From positions 255,947 through 319,946 of the forward strand of contig JACQAM010000007.1 in NCBI GenBank assembly GCA_016194975.1: a DNA stretch of 64,000 nucleotides. The letters are read 5' to 3'. This document shows positions 38,297-47,129 of the stretch, in pieces; positions within the stretch are counted from its first letter, which is position 1, and each line of letters begins with the position of its first letter. The position numbers and the translations under genes are program-made. The notes under the pieces are model-generated. The model did not search any database, had not been told where the DNA came from, and worked only from the letters and a program-made list of their open reading frames with translations. Origin of the DNA: Bacteroidota bacterium (GTDB lineage Bacteria; Bacteroidota; Bacteroidia; Palsa-965).

Positions 38297-39013
38297 TCAG
38301 AATTTTCCACCTAAGCTGCGGCGGCGACGGCGGCGATGATGAAATATTTTTTTACCCGGCAATGGCGCAAGCATTTCTTTCCCACTAAGAGAAATTCCAT
38401 TCAGATGCCGATCCATAATGATCAGCATAAATCCGGTCTTGTAATCCAATGAGCCGGTATAACGATATTCATAACTCATACCGGCAGAAAATTTCATGTG
38501 AAAGATCTCGGTAGAATCATGGCCGGAAACCACAAGACTGAATTCTCCTCTTTCATCGGTGATGGTTTCTCCCAATTCATTTCCATTATTATCATAGAGA
38601 AAAACAGCAGCGCCGGGTATCGGTTTGTAATGATGTTCCTTCTCCACAATGCCACTGATGGTAAAAACTTTTTTATTTTCTTCTCCGGGAATTGAATTCA
38701 CACGAATGTTAGCATTGATCTTATTCGTGAGTGTGAACATTCCAACGAACATCGCAGCCGCATAACCGATCGCATTTTTCCAGTTCTGCCAATAGGAAGG
38801 TTCCCGCATCTGTTCCGGGCGAAACATTCCGCACATTTCTTCCTTCCCTTTTTTCTGAATGAATTTTATCAGTTCTTCATCGCTCATCTTCGTAAAATCG
38901 CGCACCACTTTCACACACACGTTACAAAAACGACCGCCATCCACTTCGGGCATCTGCTCAAAGTTCATGGGACAGGAAAATTTCAGGTCGACTGTAGGGT
39001 TAGCAGACTTCAT
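38297..39013 (-). CDS. hypothetical membrane protein with N-terminal Cys-rich (zinc-ribbon-like) motif and carboxypeptidase-regulatory-like beta-sandwich
   Basis: CP…x13…FCNVC near the N-terminus, one transmembrane helix, then VFTISGIVEKEHHYKPIPGAAVFLYDNNGNELGETITDERGEFSL. Start moved to the ATG at 39013. Confidence 0.45.
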   Translation of the reverse strand: MKSANPTVDLKFSCPMNFEQMPEVDGGRFCNVCVKVVRDFTKMSDEELIKFIQKKGKEEMCGMFRPEQMREPSYWQNWKNAIGYAAAMFVGMFTLTNKINANIRVNSIPGEENKKVFTISGIVEKEHHYKPIPGAAVFLYDNNGNELGETITDERGEFSLVVSGHDSTEIFHMKFSAGMSYEYRYTGSLDYKTGFMLIIMDRHLNGISLSGKEMLAPLPGKKIFHHRRRRRRSLGGKF

Positions 39014-39054
39014 TATGAAAATGAAAGTTAGGGAAATTTTACGCGGAAAAAAAA

Positions 39055-39951
39055 TTACGTCGAAGGCACTCCAGCACAAATGGAAACTTTTTTCCACAAC
39101 ACATATTGTTTTCCATTCCAGCGGTAAAAAGTATACACACAACCTGAATTCTGAAAACGCAGGTCATTCATTCCTTTTGTTTTATGTTCGAGCACATCGG
39201 GATAAAAGTCCGCTTCAAAATCGCCCACCAATTGATAATGGCGCGAGTTGATCTCTTTCAATAAATATTTTTTGTCGAGCATATCTTCTGCAAGAATGTA
39301 AGTGAAAAGTGTATCGCCGAAATTCACATATTGAAAATTAATATGATCATACGGCAGTAAACTCGCTGTATCAGATTTCGTAATCACTTTGCGGATCTCC
39401 TCTTCCGGATCGGCCGGAGATGGATTTGAATATTCCACAAATTCTTTTCCATTGTAACGGAAATAATGCGGAACATCGGAATACCACGCGGAATACCAGA
39501 CCATGAAATCACGAATTCCATTATGAGAAATGTTCAGCACCGAATCTATTGCGCCGCAATCCTCATACAATTGCTGCACGTTTCCATCTTCATTCGCGCG
39601 CACAGCCACGAGCGTGTATCCGCAACTTCCGCCCGCGTAGCCCGCCTCCGTCTGCACGAGATAAGTTTCATTCGTATCGTCGCTAATGTCCCAGATCTTT
39701 GTATTTCCACTATCGGGTTCATAATAAGTTTCACCCACAAGATCGGAATCGCGAGGAAGAATTTTGTGTAGCAGATCCATCATATCGCCGGAAAATTTTC
39801 CGGGTTTCTTATGACAAAAGTCCGTTGAGATTGTTCCGGTAACTATCGGCGAAATTCCCGGCATGCGGTATTTTTCGCGGGAACAACAAGCGCAGAAAAA
39901 AATTGCCTTGAATAAAAACAAAATAAAAAAATAATTTCCGTTCCGTTTCAC
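39055..39951 (-). CDS. hypothetical lipoprotein
   Basis: Apparent GTG start. Signal peptide with Cys (…FFCACCS). No recognised domain. Confidence 0.45.
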   Translation of the reverse strand: MKRNGNYFFILFLFKAIFFCACCSREKYRMPGISPIVTGTISTDFCHKKPGKFSGDMMDLLHKILPRDSDLVGETYYEPDSGNTKIWDISDDTNETYLVQTEAGYAGGSCGYTLVAVRANEDGNVQQLYEDCGAIDSVLNISHNGIRDFMVWYSAWYSDVPHYFRYNGKEFVEYSNPSPADPEEEIRKVITKSDTASLLPYDHINFQYVNFGDTLFTYILAEDMLDKKYLLKEINSRHYQLVGDFEADFYPDVLEHKTKGMNDLRFQNSGCVYTFYRWNGKQYVLWKKVSICAGVPST

Positions 39952-40041
39952 GAATGAAATGTAGAATAGAAAAAAATTAAATTGAATACATTCAGGATAA
40001 GTGCGGAAATTTCAGAACAAGTGTCTGCTTTTACTTAAAGA

Positions 40042-40440
40042 TCATTCTCCCGTAGAGCGCTCCAGCGTACAATAAGATCCAAGTACATTGGTCTTGTCGT
40101 AAAAATAACTGAACGTGATAAAATTCTCATCGATCTTCGTGAGTACCACTCTTCCCTTATCCACGCAACTGTCGAGATTTTCTGTGATTTTTTCTTTGAA
40201 TTCCGCAACATGTTCATCACTCTTCACAAGCGACCAGTGCCCTTTGCACGGAACAGAAGGATAGTCAATATCGTAAGTTCCCGTTCTCGGATCGGCAGTG
40301 AATTTCATGGTCCACGTAGTTGTTGGATTCCTGATCTGGTAACCGATACCGGTCCACGTACCGGCAAACCAACTCGTGCTGTCGCCCTGCACGAAGGAGA
40401 AAAAAATAAAAAGCACTGGAAAAAGGAGAATACGTTTCAC
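40042..40440 (-). CDS. hypothetical small secreted protein
   Basis: Probable GTG start giving (M)KRILLFPVLFIFFSFVQG. The mature part GDSTSWFAGTWT resembles the start of the 15022/15581 paralogs. Confidence 0.4.
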   Translation of the reverse strand: MKRILLFPVLFIFFSFVQGDSTSWFAGTWTGIGYQIRNPTTTWTMKFTADPRTGTYDIDYPSVPCKGHWSLVKSDEHVAEFKEKITENLDSCVDKGRVVLTKIDENFITFSYFYDKTNVLGSYCTLERSTGE

Positions 40441-40694
40441 CGGGATTATTTTTTGGTTGTGGAAAGTTACTGTTCTTTTCCGGCGAAACAAAAAATTGCT
40501 CAATGCTGCACAATGAATTTGCCGGCAGTTCTTCTTTCCTTAACAAAATTTTCAAACGAATAAAAATAAATTCCATTGCTGAATAAAGAAAAATGAAGAT
40601 GATAATTTTTCGCACGAATAAAGATACTCCTGCTCCCTGCGAATTCACGAACAGGAAAGTCCCATTCTTCAATCTGTCAAGAGCAACTTCTTCC

Positions 40695-40724
40695 AAAAAA
40701 AAACCGGAACATTTCGCCCCGGTT
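40695..40724 (-). terminator. Rho-independent terminator of icd
   Basis: On the minus strand AACCGG-N11-CCGGTT is followed by T9. Confidence 0.55.
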
Positions 40725-40796
40725 TCGTTTATTAGCACATTCGCACTTCGCATATTCGCACGTCACGCTCAGCGTGGCGAATTCGCAATTCGTTCC

Positions 40797-42026
40797 CTAC
40801 GATAACTTCTTTTTAAGATTAGTATCCAACGCGGATAGAAAATCTTCTGTGTTCAGATAATGTTCGCCGAGTTTCACATTATTTCCGTGCGCGCATATCG
40901 CGAGATCTTTTGTCATCTTTCCGCTCTCAATTGTTTCCACGCAAACTTCTTCCAATGCTTTTGCAAAACGAATGAGTTCCGCATTGTTGTCAATTTTCCC
41001 TCTGAATTCCAGTCCGCGTGTCCATGCAAAAATACTTGCAACGGGGTTTGTCGAAGTTGGTTTTCCCTGCTGGTGCTCGCGGAAATGACGCGTCACTGTT
41101 CCGTGCGCCGCTTCTGCTTCCATTATTTTCCCGTCGGGTGTTACGAGAACGGAGGTCATTAATCCGAGAGAGCCGAATCCCTGCGCAATAGAATCGCTCT
41201 GCACATCTCCATCATAATTTTTGCAGGCCCACACAAATTCTCCGTGCCATTTCAAGGCAGAAGCAACCATGTCGTCGATCAAACGATGCTCGTAAACTAT
41301 TTTCGCTTCTTTGAATTTTGTTTCAAACTCATTTTTATAAATTTCTTCGAAAATATCTTTGAAGCGCCCGTCGTATTTTTTCAGGATCGTATTTTTTGTA
41401 GAGAGATAAAGCGGCCATTTTTTATTCAGCGCCACATTCATGCACGCATGCGCGAATCCTTTTATCGATTCATCCGAATTGTACATCGCCATCGCCACAC
41501 CGTCGCTTTTGAAATTATATACTTCCCAATTCTGCGCCTCTCCTCCGCCATCAGGAACGAACGTCATCGTCAACTTTCCTTTCCCTTTTATCACCACATC
41601 TGTCGCGCGGTATTGATCACCAAATGCGTGACGTCCTACAATAATTGGTTTCGTCCAGTTCGGCACAAGGCGCGGAACATTTTTACAAACGATCGGCTCG
41701 CGGAAAACAGTTCCGTCCAGGATATTCCGGATCGTTCCATTCGGAGATTTCCACATCTGTTTCAGCGAAAATTCTTTCACGCGCGCTTCATCGGGAGTGA
41801 TCGTCGCACATTTTATTCCCACCTGGTATTTTTTTATTGCTTCCGCAGAATCAATCGTGACTTGATCATTTGTTTCGTCACGATGTTCAATTCCGAGATC
41901 ATAATATTTTATGTCAATGTCGAGATACGGAAGGATTAGTTTTTCCTTTATGAATTTCCATATCACGCGTGTCATTTCATCTCCGTCGAGTTCCACAACA
42001 GGATTCGCAACTTTTATTTTTGTCAT
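40797..42026 (-). CDS. icd: NADP-dependent isocitrate dehydrogenase (IDH1-type)
   Basis: 409 aa. [23 protein letters not shown]… and the isocitrate/isopropylmalate dehydrogenase fold throughout. Confidence 0.95.
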   Translation of the reverse strand: MTKIKVANPVVELDGDEMTRVIWKFIKEKLILPYLDIDIKYYDLGIEHRDETNDQVTIDSAEAIKKYQVGIKCATITPDEARVKEFSLKQMWKSPNGTIRNILDGTVFREPIVCKNVPRLVPNWTKPIIVGRHAFGDQYRATDVVIKGKGKLTMTFVPDGGGEAQNWEVYNFKSDGVAMAMYNSDESIKGFAHACMNVALNKKWPLYLSTKNTILKKYDGRFKDIFEEIYKNEFETKFKEAKIVYEHRLIDDMVASALKWHGEFVWACKNYDGDVQSDSIAQGFGSLGLMTSVLVTPDGKIMEAEAAHGTVTRHFREHQQGKPTSTNPVASIFAWTRGLEFRGKIDNNAELIRFAKALEEVCVETIESGKMTKDLAICAHGNNVKLGEHYLNTEDFLSALDTNLKKKLS

Positions 42027-42438
42027 AATGTGTTTGGTGTTTTTCCAAAGGACTCCTTCGGAGAGGTCAGAAATTTTTGAGAAGCCCGAAATTACGAATA
42101 GACGTGAGATGTGAGACCCTCCTTCGTAAAAAACTTCGGCGGGCAGGCTTGAGACTTGAGATTTTTTTATTGGGCGTGCCCCATGAAGCGTCGCAAAGCG
42201 TCTGCTTCATGGGTCGGGCTGCTCCGGGCTCCACTTCGTTGCGGTGCGCTGCACCAGGCCCTGCACATCCCTCACGCAAAGAAAGTTATTCGGTAAATAT
42301 AAAAATCCTCGTTTCATTTCACCTGTGCATTACGGGTCAAACCTGATAATCCTTATGCAACACGGAAAATCGCGGGGATCAATGAACTTTAAAAGAGTAA
42401 AACTCTTTAGCGGGAATTTTGGATCTTGAATTTTTGAA

Positions 42439-43128
42439 TTACTTCGCCGCATTCGCAGCCGCGACAGTAATATCCAGCGCTTGTATCGCAAACTCCGGCG
42501 TGTACATTTTCTGAATTCCAATTGTACTCGGCGCGGAATTATTATCCAGCGCAAGCCAAACTGTATTCCCGTAAATTTTTATTTCAGTGTATCTCCAGTT
42601 GCGCAGAAGTTGTGCGAGTTCTTGTGACGAAGCAACTTTCCCTCCGGCAGTAGGATCATTGGTATAAATATCAATTCCTGTTTTCAATTGCGATCCGGGA
42701 ATATTCTGCTTCGGCATATCAGGGCCGCTTCCGGTTACAAAATCCTGTATGCGCTGGCTCGTATGCGAAAGCAATCCCGGTGTTTCATAAAGTGTAACAG
42801 GAGAAAAATTTGCACTCGCATTCAACGTCACATGAAGTCGCGGATACATTGCGTTCTTTCCGTAAGCATTTGAATTTCCCGAAGAAATTAAATTGATCGC
42901 AGACATTACATTTCCGCTCATGGAATATTGCAGATGCACAGTGTAACCTTTATAATTTCCCCGAAGGCCATCGTTGGTTACCTGCAATCCTGTTCGCCGT
43001 GCGAGATCGGGAAAAAAATTATTCGCTCCCGCGCGTGCTTTACGAGTGGAACGAAGGACAAGGGGAACAACAATGAGGGCGAGTAAAACAAAAACGCCGA
43101 TGCCGATATACATTCCGTATTGCGACAT
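42439..43128 (-). CDS. hypothetical membrane-anchored protein
   Basis: Single N-terminal transmembrane helix (MSQYGMYIGIGVFVLLALIVVPLVL). Track ORF starts at a TTG. The ATG at 43128 is preferred. Confidence 0.45.
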   Translation of the reverse strand: MSQYGMYIGIGVFVLLALIVVPLVLRSTRKARAGANNFFPDLARRTGLQVTNDGLRGNYKGYTVHLQYSMSGNVMSAINLISSGNSNAYGKNAMYPRLHVTLNASANFSPVTLYETPGLLSHTSQRIQDFVTGSGPDMPKQNIPGSQLKTGIDIYTNDPTAGGKVASSQELAQLLRNWRYTEIKIYGNTVWLALDNNSAPSTIGIQKMYTPEFAIQALDITVAAANAAK

Positions 43129-43281
43129 ATCAATTCCGTCTGGCATGAGTGTGTGGGTTTGGTGTAATTCAAATTTAGAATAAAAATCCAAAAAACAAAG
43201 AACTTAGAAATTAGAACGGTATTTCAACTGCCCCTGCCAACTGACAACTTTCCCTATCTTTGGTTTCCTAAAAATTCACCT

Positions 43282-44262
43282 ATGAGAACCATCGCATTTC
43301 GTGAAGCATTACGTGAAGCATTGAATGAAGAAATGCGGCGCGATGAAAAAGTTTTTCTCATTGGTGAAGAAGTTGCCGAATACAACGGCGCTTACAAAGT
43401 TTCGCAGGGAATGCTCGCGGAGTTCGGAGCGAAAAGAGTCATTGATACTCCGATCGCCGAACTTGGTTTCGCAGGAATTGCTGTTGGAGCAGCGATGAAT
43501 GGATTGCGTCCTGTTGTGGAATTCATGACTTTTAATTTTTCGCTCGTAGCAATAGACCAGGTCATCAATGCTGCTTCTAAAATGCTGGAGATGTCGGGCG
43601 GGCAATTCAATATTCCAATGGTGTTCCGCGGACCGACCGGAAATGCAGGTCAACTCGGTGCGCAGCATTCGCAGGCATTTGAAAACTGGTATGCGAACTG
43701 CCCGGGATTGAAAGTTGTGGTTCCGTCAAATCCTGCAGATGCGAAAGGACTTTTGAAAACTGCGATCCGCGATAATGATCCTGTCATTTTTATGGAATCG
43801 GAATTAATGTATGGCGATAAAGGAGAAGTTCCCGAGAGTGAATATTTAATTCCCATCGGTGTCGCCGATGTAAAACGCGAAGGCCATGATGTGACGATCG
43901 TTTCATTCGGAAAAATTATCAAACATGCTTACAACGCTGCTGATGAATTAGCGAAAGAAGGAATTTCTGCAGAGATCATTGATCTGCGTTCGGTGCGTCC
44001 CATCGATTATGCTGCAATCATCCGCTCCGTAAAAAAAACAAATCGTTTGGTCATTCTCGAAGAGGCATGGCCGCTCGCAAATATTTCTACCGACATTACT
44101 TTTCATGTTCAGAAAAATGCGTTTGATTATCTCGACGCGCCCATACAGCGCGTGGTGAATGCAGATGTGCCGCTCGCATACGCGCCTACGCTCATTGAAG
44201 CCGCATTGCCTAATCCCGCAAAAGTGATTGATGCCGTGAAGCAGGTGATGTATGTGGCGTAA
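43282..44262 (+). CDS. pdhB: pyruvate/2-oxoacid dehydrogenase E1 component beta subunit
   Basis: 326 aa with the transketolase-like pyrimidine-binding and C-terminal domains (…GEEVAEYNGAYKVSQG…, …IPMVFRGPTGNAG…). Confidence 0.9.
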   Translation: MRTIAFREALREALNEEMRRDEKVFLIGEEVAEYNGAYKVSQGMLAEFGAKRVIDTPIAELGFAGIAVGAAMNGLRPVVEFMTFNFSLVAIDQVINAASKMLEMSGGQFNIPMVFRGPTGNAGQLGAQHSQAFENWYANCPGLKVVVPSNPADAKGLLKTAIRDNDPVIFMESELMYGDKGEVPESEYLIPIGVADVKREGHDVTIVSFGKIIKHAYNAADELAKEGISAEIIDLRSVRPIDYAAIIRSVKKTNRLVILEEAWPLANISTDITFHVQKNAFDYLDAPIQRVVNADVPLAYAPTLIEAALPNPAKVIDAVKQVMYVA

Positions 44263-44370
44263 AACAATTTTTTTATTTTTTGATTTTTCATTTTTGATTT
44301 GCATTCGATAGGCCTTCAACTGAAAAATTATTTTTAACTTGGACATTCCTTTCAATCCACTACCCTATAC

Positions 44371-46968
44371 ATGAAAAAATTTTTACTCGTTGCAGCACTT
44401 CTTTCCGTAAGTAGTCTCGCGAAATCGCAGGCGCTTGCTGCTTCCTCTTCTCAAACCGATGTCACCTGCTTCGGCGCGTGTAACGGATCTGCAACTGTCA
44501 TTGCATCCGGAGGAACTTCTCCATACTCTTACAACTGGTCGCCGAGCGGCGGTACCGCGGCAACTGCGAGTGCGCTCTGCGCCGGAAATTATACTTGCAC
44601 AGTTACTGATGCCGTTTTCGCTTCGGTGAATGTTACGGTCAACATCACACAACCCACTCCAATTACTATCAGTCCTTCGCAGCAGAATGTTTCATGCAAT
44701 GGAGGAAACGATGGCCATGCACTCGCAACGGTAAGCGGCGGCGCGGGATTTTTCACTTACTCATGGTCGCCCGTCGGTGGAAATGCACCGATTGCTAATT
44801 CCCTGACTGCGGGAATTTATACCGTCACTGTCACGGATGCAAATTCATGTACAGCTTCCCAAACATTTCAGATCACAGAACCTCCCGCACTGAGCGCAAC
44901 AAATGCTATTGTAAATGTAAGTTGCTTTGGCGGGTCAGACGGAAGTGCCGTGGTAACTGTCAATGGCGGAACTCCCGGTTATATGTATTCCTGGGCGCCG
45001 GGCGGATACACCACTGATTTTGCAAACGGGCTCAGCGAAAATCTTTATCTCGTTTCCATCACGGATCTCAATGGTTGTTTTCTCCGTGACACGGTCAACA
45101 TAAGCGCTCCTTCGCAATTAACGAGTTCAATTACAGGAACAGATGTTACCTGTTTCAATTCCAATGACGGAACAGCAATGATCACAGTCAATGGCGGCAC
45201 CGGGCCTTTCAATTATTCCTGGGCGCCGAATGGTGGATCCGGGAATACACAAACGGGGCTTTCAGCAGCCACCTATACGTGTAATGTTACAGATGCGCAT
45301 GGTTGTACTACAACACAAACCATCGATATCACGGAACCGGCGCCGCTTTCTTCGATTGATTCGCAAACCGACGTAAGTTGTTTCGGTGGCAGCAACGGAT
45401 CTGCATCAGTGAGTGTAAGCGGCGGCAATGGATCCTATTCTTACAACTGGTCGCCCTCAGGAGGAAATTCTTCTATGGCGGGCGCACTCATGGCCGGAAG
45501 TTATTCCTGTACCATCACCGATATCAATGGATGCATGCTTACCGAAACTTTCAGTTTAACAGAACCATCGCTTATCACTGTTGTAGGTTCGCAGTTCGAT
45601 GCGTCATGCAGTGGCGGCAATAACGGCAGTGCGACTGTAAATGCAAGTGGAGGAACGGGGCCGCTTACTTATTCCTGGACAAGCGGCGGAACGGCCGCAA
45701 CAGAAACTTCGCTGTCGGCAGGATCTTACACCTGCACAGTTACAGATATGAATGGTTGTGTTGCAACACAAACCTTCGTTATCACGGAACCAGCTGCGAT
45801 GACTTCGAACGCGATGATCACCGGTGTCACCTGTTATAATTTCAACAACGGAAGCATCACGCTCAATATGAATGGCGGAGCGGCTCCTTATAATTATTAC
45901 TGGTCCGATTTTTCCAATAATGCTTATGATTCGATGCTCGTTGCCGGAGTTTACACACTCACCGTGCAGGATGCAAACAGTTGCGTTTTCAATGATACAT
46001 TCACTGTTTCTCAACCTGCACCGCTTTCATTTGTGGTAACGCAAACTGACATTTCTTGTCACGGTAATAACGATGGAACTGCTTCCGTAACTCCATCCGG
46101 TGGAACCGGCCCCTATACTTATTTGTGGAATACCGGGAATACTTCTTCATCACTCACCGATCTTTCACAGGGAATTTACACTTGTGTTGTTACCGATTCG
46201 AACGGATGCGTTGATTCAGCACAGGCATCTATTTATGATCCGGGACAATTGGTAGCATTTGTACAGGCGGTGTTGAATCCAACAACATGTGGCGCTTCTG
46301 ATGGCGGAATTAATATTGCAATGACCGGTGGAACACAACCTTTCATTTACCAATGGAGTAACGGCGATACGATCGAAGATCTTTACAATATTGCTGCCGG
46401 TGTTTATTCACTCACTGTAACTGATGCGCATGGTTGCGTTGGAACTGCACTTGCAACACTCAGCGATCCGAATGCTCCTGTTGTTGCAATGACGCTGCCG
46501 GAAACTTTCATTTGCATTGACGATGATACACTCCTGATTTCCGGTATTCCTGCAGGAGGAACTTTCACCGGCAATGGAATGAATGGAAGTGTTTTCGATC
46601 CATCTCTCGCCGGGTTGGGTCAAAGTGTGATAGCGTATGCGTACACGGATACGAACGGATGTTTGGGCGCGACCACTGACACGATCACTGTGGATCCGTG
46701 TACAGGAATACAGGTGAATGCCGATTATTCTCAATGGAATATTTTCCCGAATCCTACGACCGGTGATGTTTTTATTACTGCTTACGTGCCAACAGAAGAA
46801 CCTGTGCATGTTCAGCTTTTTTCTTCAGAAGGAAAATTGATCCGCGATGTGGAATGGAATACAAAAGATGAAATGCATTTCGGAATACAGGACGAGGCAA
46901 GCGGCATTTATCTTGTGAGAATTATTTCTGCAGATTCTGAAAAATCATTCCGCATCATCAGGCAATAA
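44371..46968 (+). CDS. secreted T9SS cargo protein with about 8 SprB repeats and Por C-terminal sorting domain
   Basis: Signal peptide. Repeats (SQTDVTCFGxxNGSATVxASGGTxPYSYNWSPSGGTAAT…TYTCTVTD…). C-terminal module shared with the 47130 gene. Por tail. Confidence 0.8.
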   Translation: MKKFLLVAALLSVSSLAKSQALAASSSQTDVTCFGACNGSATVIASGGTSPYSYNWSPSGGTAATASALCAGNYTCTVTDAVFASVNVTVNITQPTPITISPSQQNVSCNGGNDGHALATVSGGAGFFTYSWSPVGGNAPIANSLTAGIYTVTVTDANSCTASQTFQITEPPALSATNAIVNVSCFGGSDGSAVVTVNGGTPGYMYSWAPGGYTTDFANGLSENLYLVSITDLNGCFLRDTVNISAPSQLTSSITGTDVTCFNSNDGTAMITVNGGTGPFNYSWAPNGGSGNTQTGLSAATYTCNVTDAHGCTTTQTIDITEPAPLSSIDSQTDVSCFGGSNGSASVSVSGGNGSYSYNWSPSGGNSSMAGALMAGSYSCTITDINGCMLTETFSLTEPSLITVVGSQFDASCSGGNNGSATVNASGGTGPLTYSWTSGGTAATETSLSAGSYTCTVTDMNGCVATQTFVITEPAAMTSNAMITGVTCYNFNNGSITLNMNGGAAPYNYYWSDFSNNAYDSMLVAGVYTLTVQDANSCVFNDTFTVSQPAPLSFVVTQTDISCHGNNDGTASVTPSGGTGPYTYLWNTGNTSSSLTDLSQGIYTCVVTDSNGCVDSAQASIYDPGQLVAFVQAVLNPTTCGASDGGINIAMTGGTQPFIYQWSNGDTIEDLYNIAAGVYSLTVTDAHGCVGTALATLSDPNAPVVAMTLPETFICIDDDTLLISGIPAGGTFTGNGMNGSVFDPSLAGLGQSVIAYAYTDTNGCLGATTDTITVDPCTGIQVNADYSQWNIFPNPTTGDVFITAYVPTEEPVHVQLFSSEGKLIRDVEWNTKDEMHFGIQDEASGIYLVRIISADSEKSFRIIRQ

Positions 46969-46986
46969 TGAACCGCGCCATTTTTG

Positions 46987-47022
46987 AAAGCGATACGCGA
47001 AAAAGCATATCGCTTTTTTTTA
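46987..47022 (+). terminator. Rho-independent terminator
   Basis: 9-bp stem AAAGCGATA/TATCGCTTT followed by T9. Confidence 0.65.
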
Positions 47023-47129
47023 TGTTGAGAAGTCGCGGAAAAAAATTCGTTCAATTTTTATACATTTGTCGCTGTGAAATGTGGTAGCTGAAGTCAGTTG
47101 CTTTTCGTTTAACCCTAACTCAACTAATT

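Noticed and set aside
42077-42346. 89-aa Arg-rich ORF and an overlapping 70-aa minus-strand ORF in the GC-rich spacer upstream of icd
   Set aside because: There is no start context and no domain. The Arg-rich composition is a by-product of GC-rich non-coding sequence. It is kept only as an RNA or element candidate.
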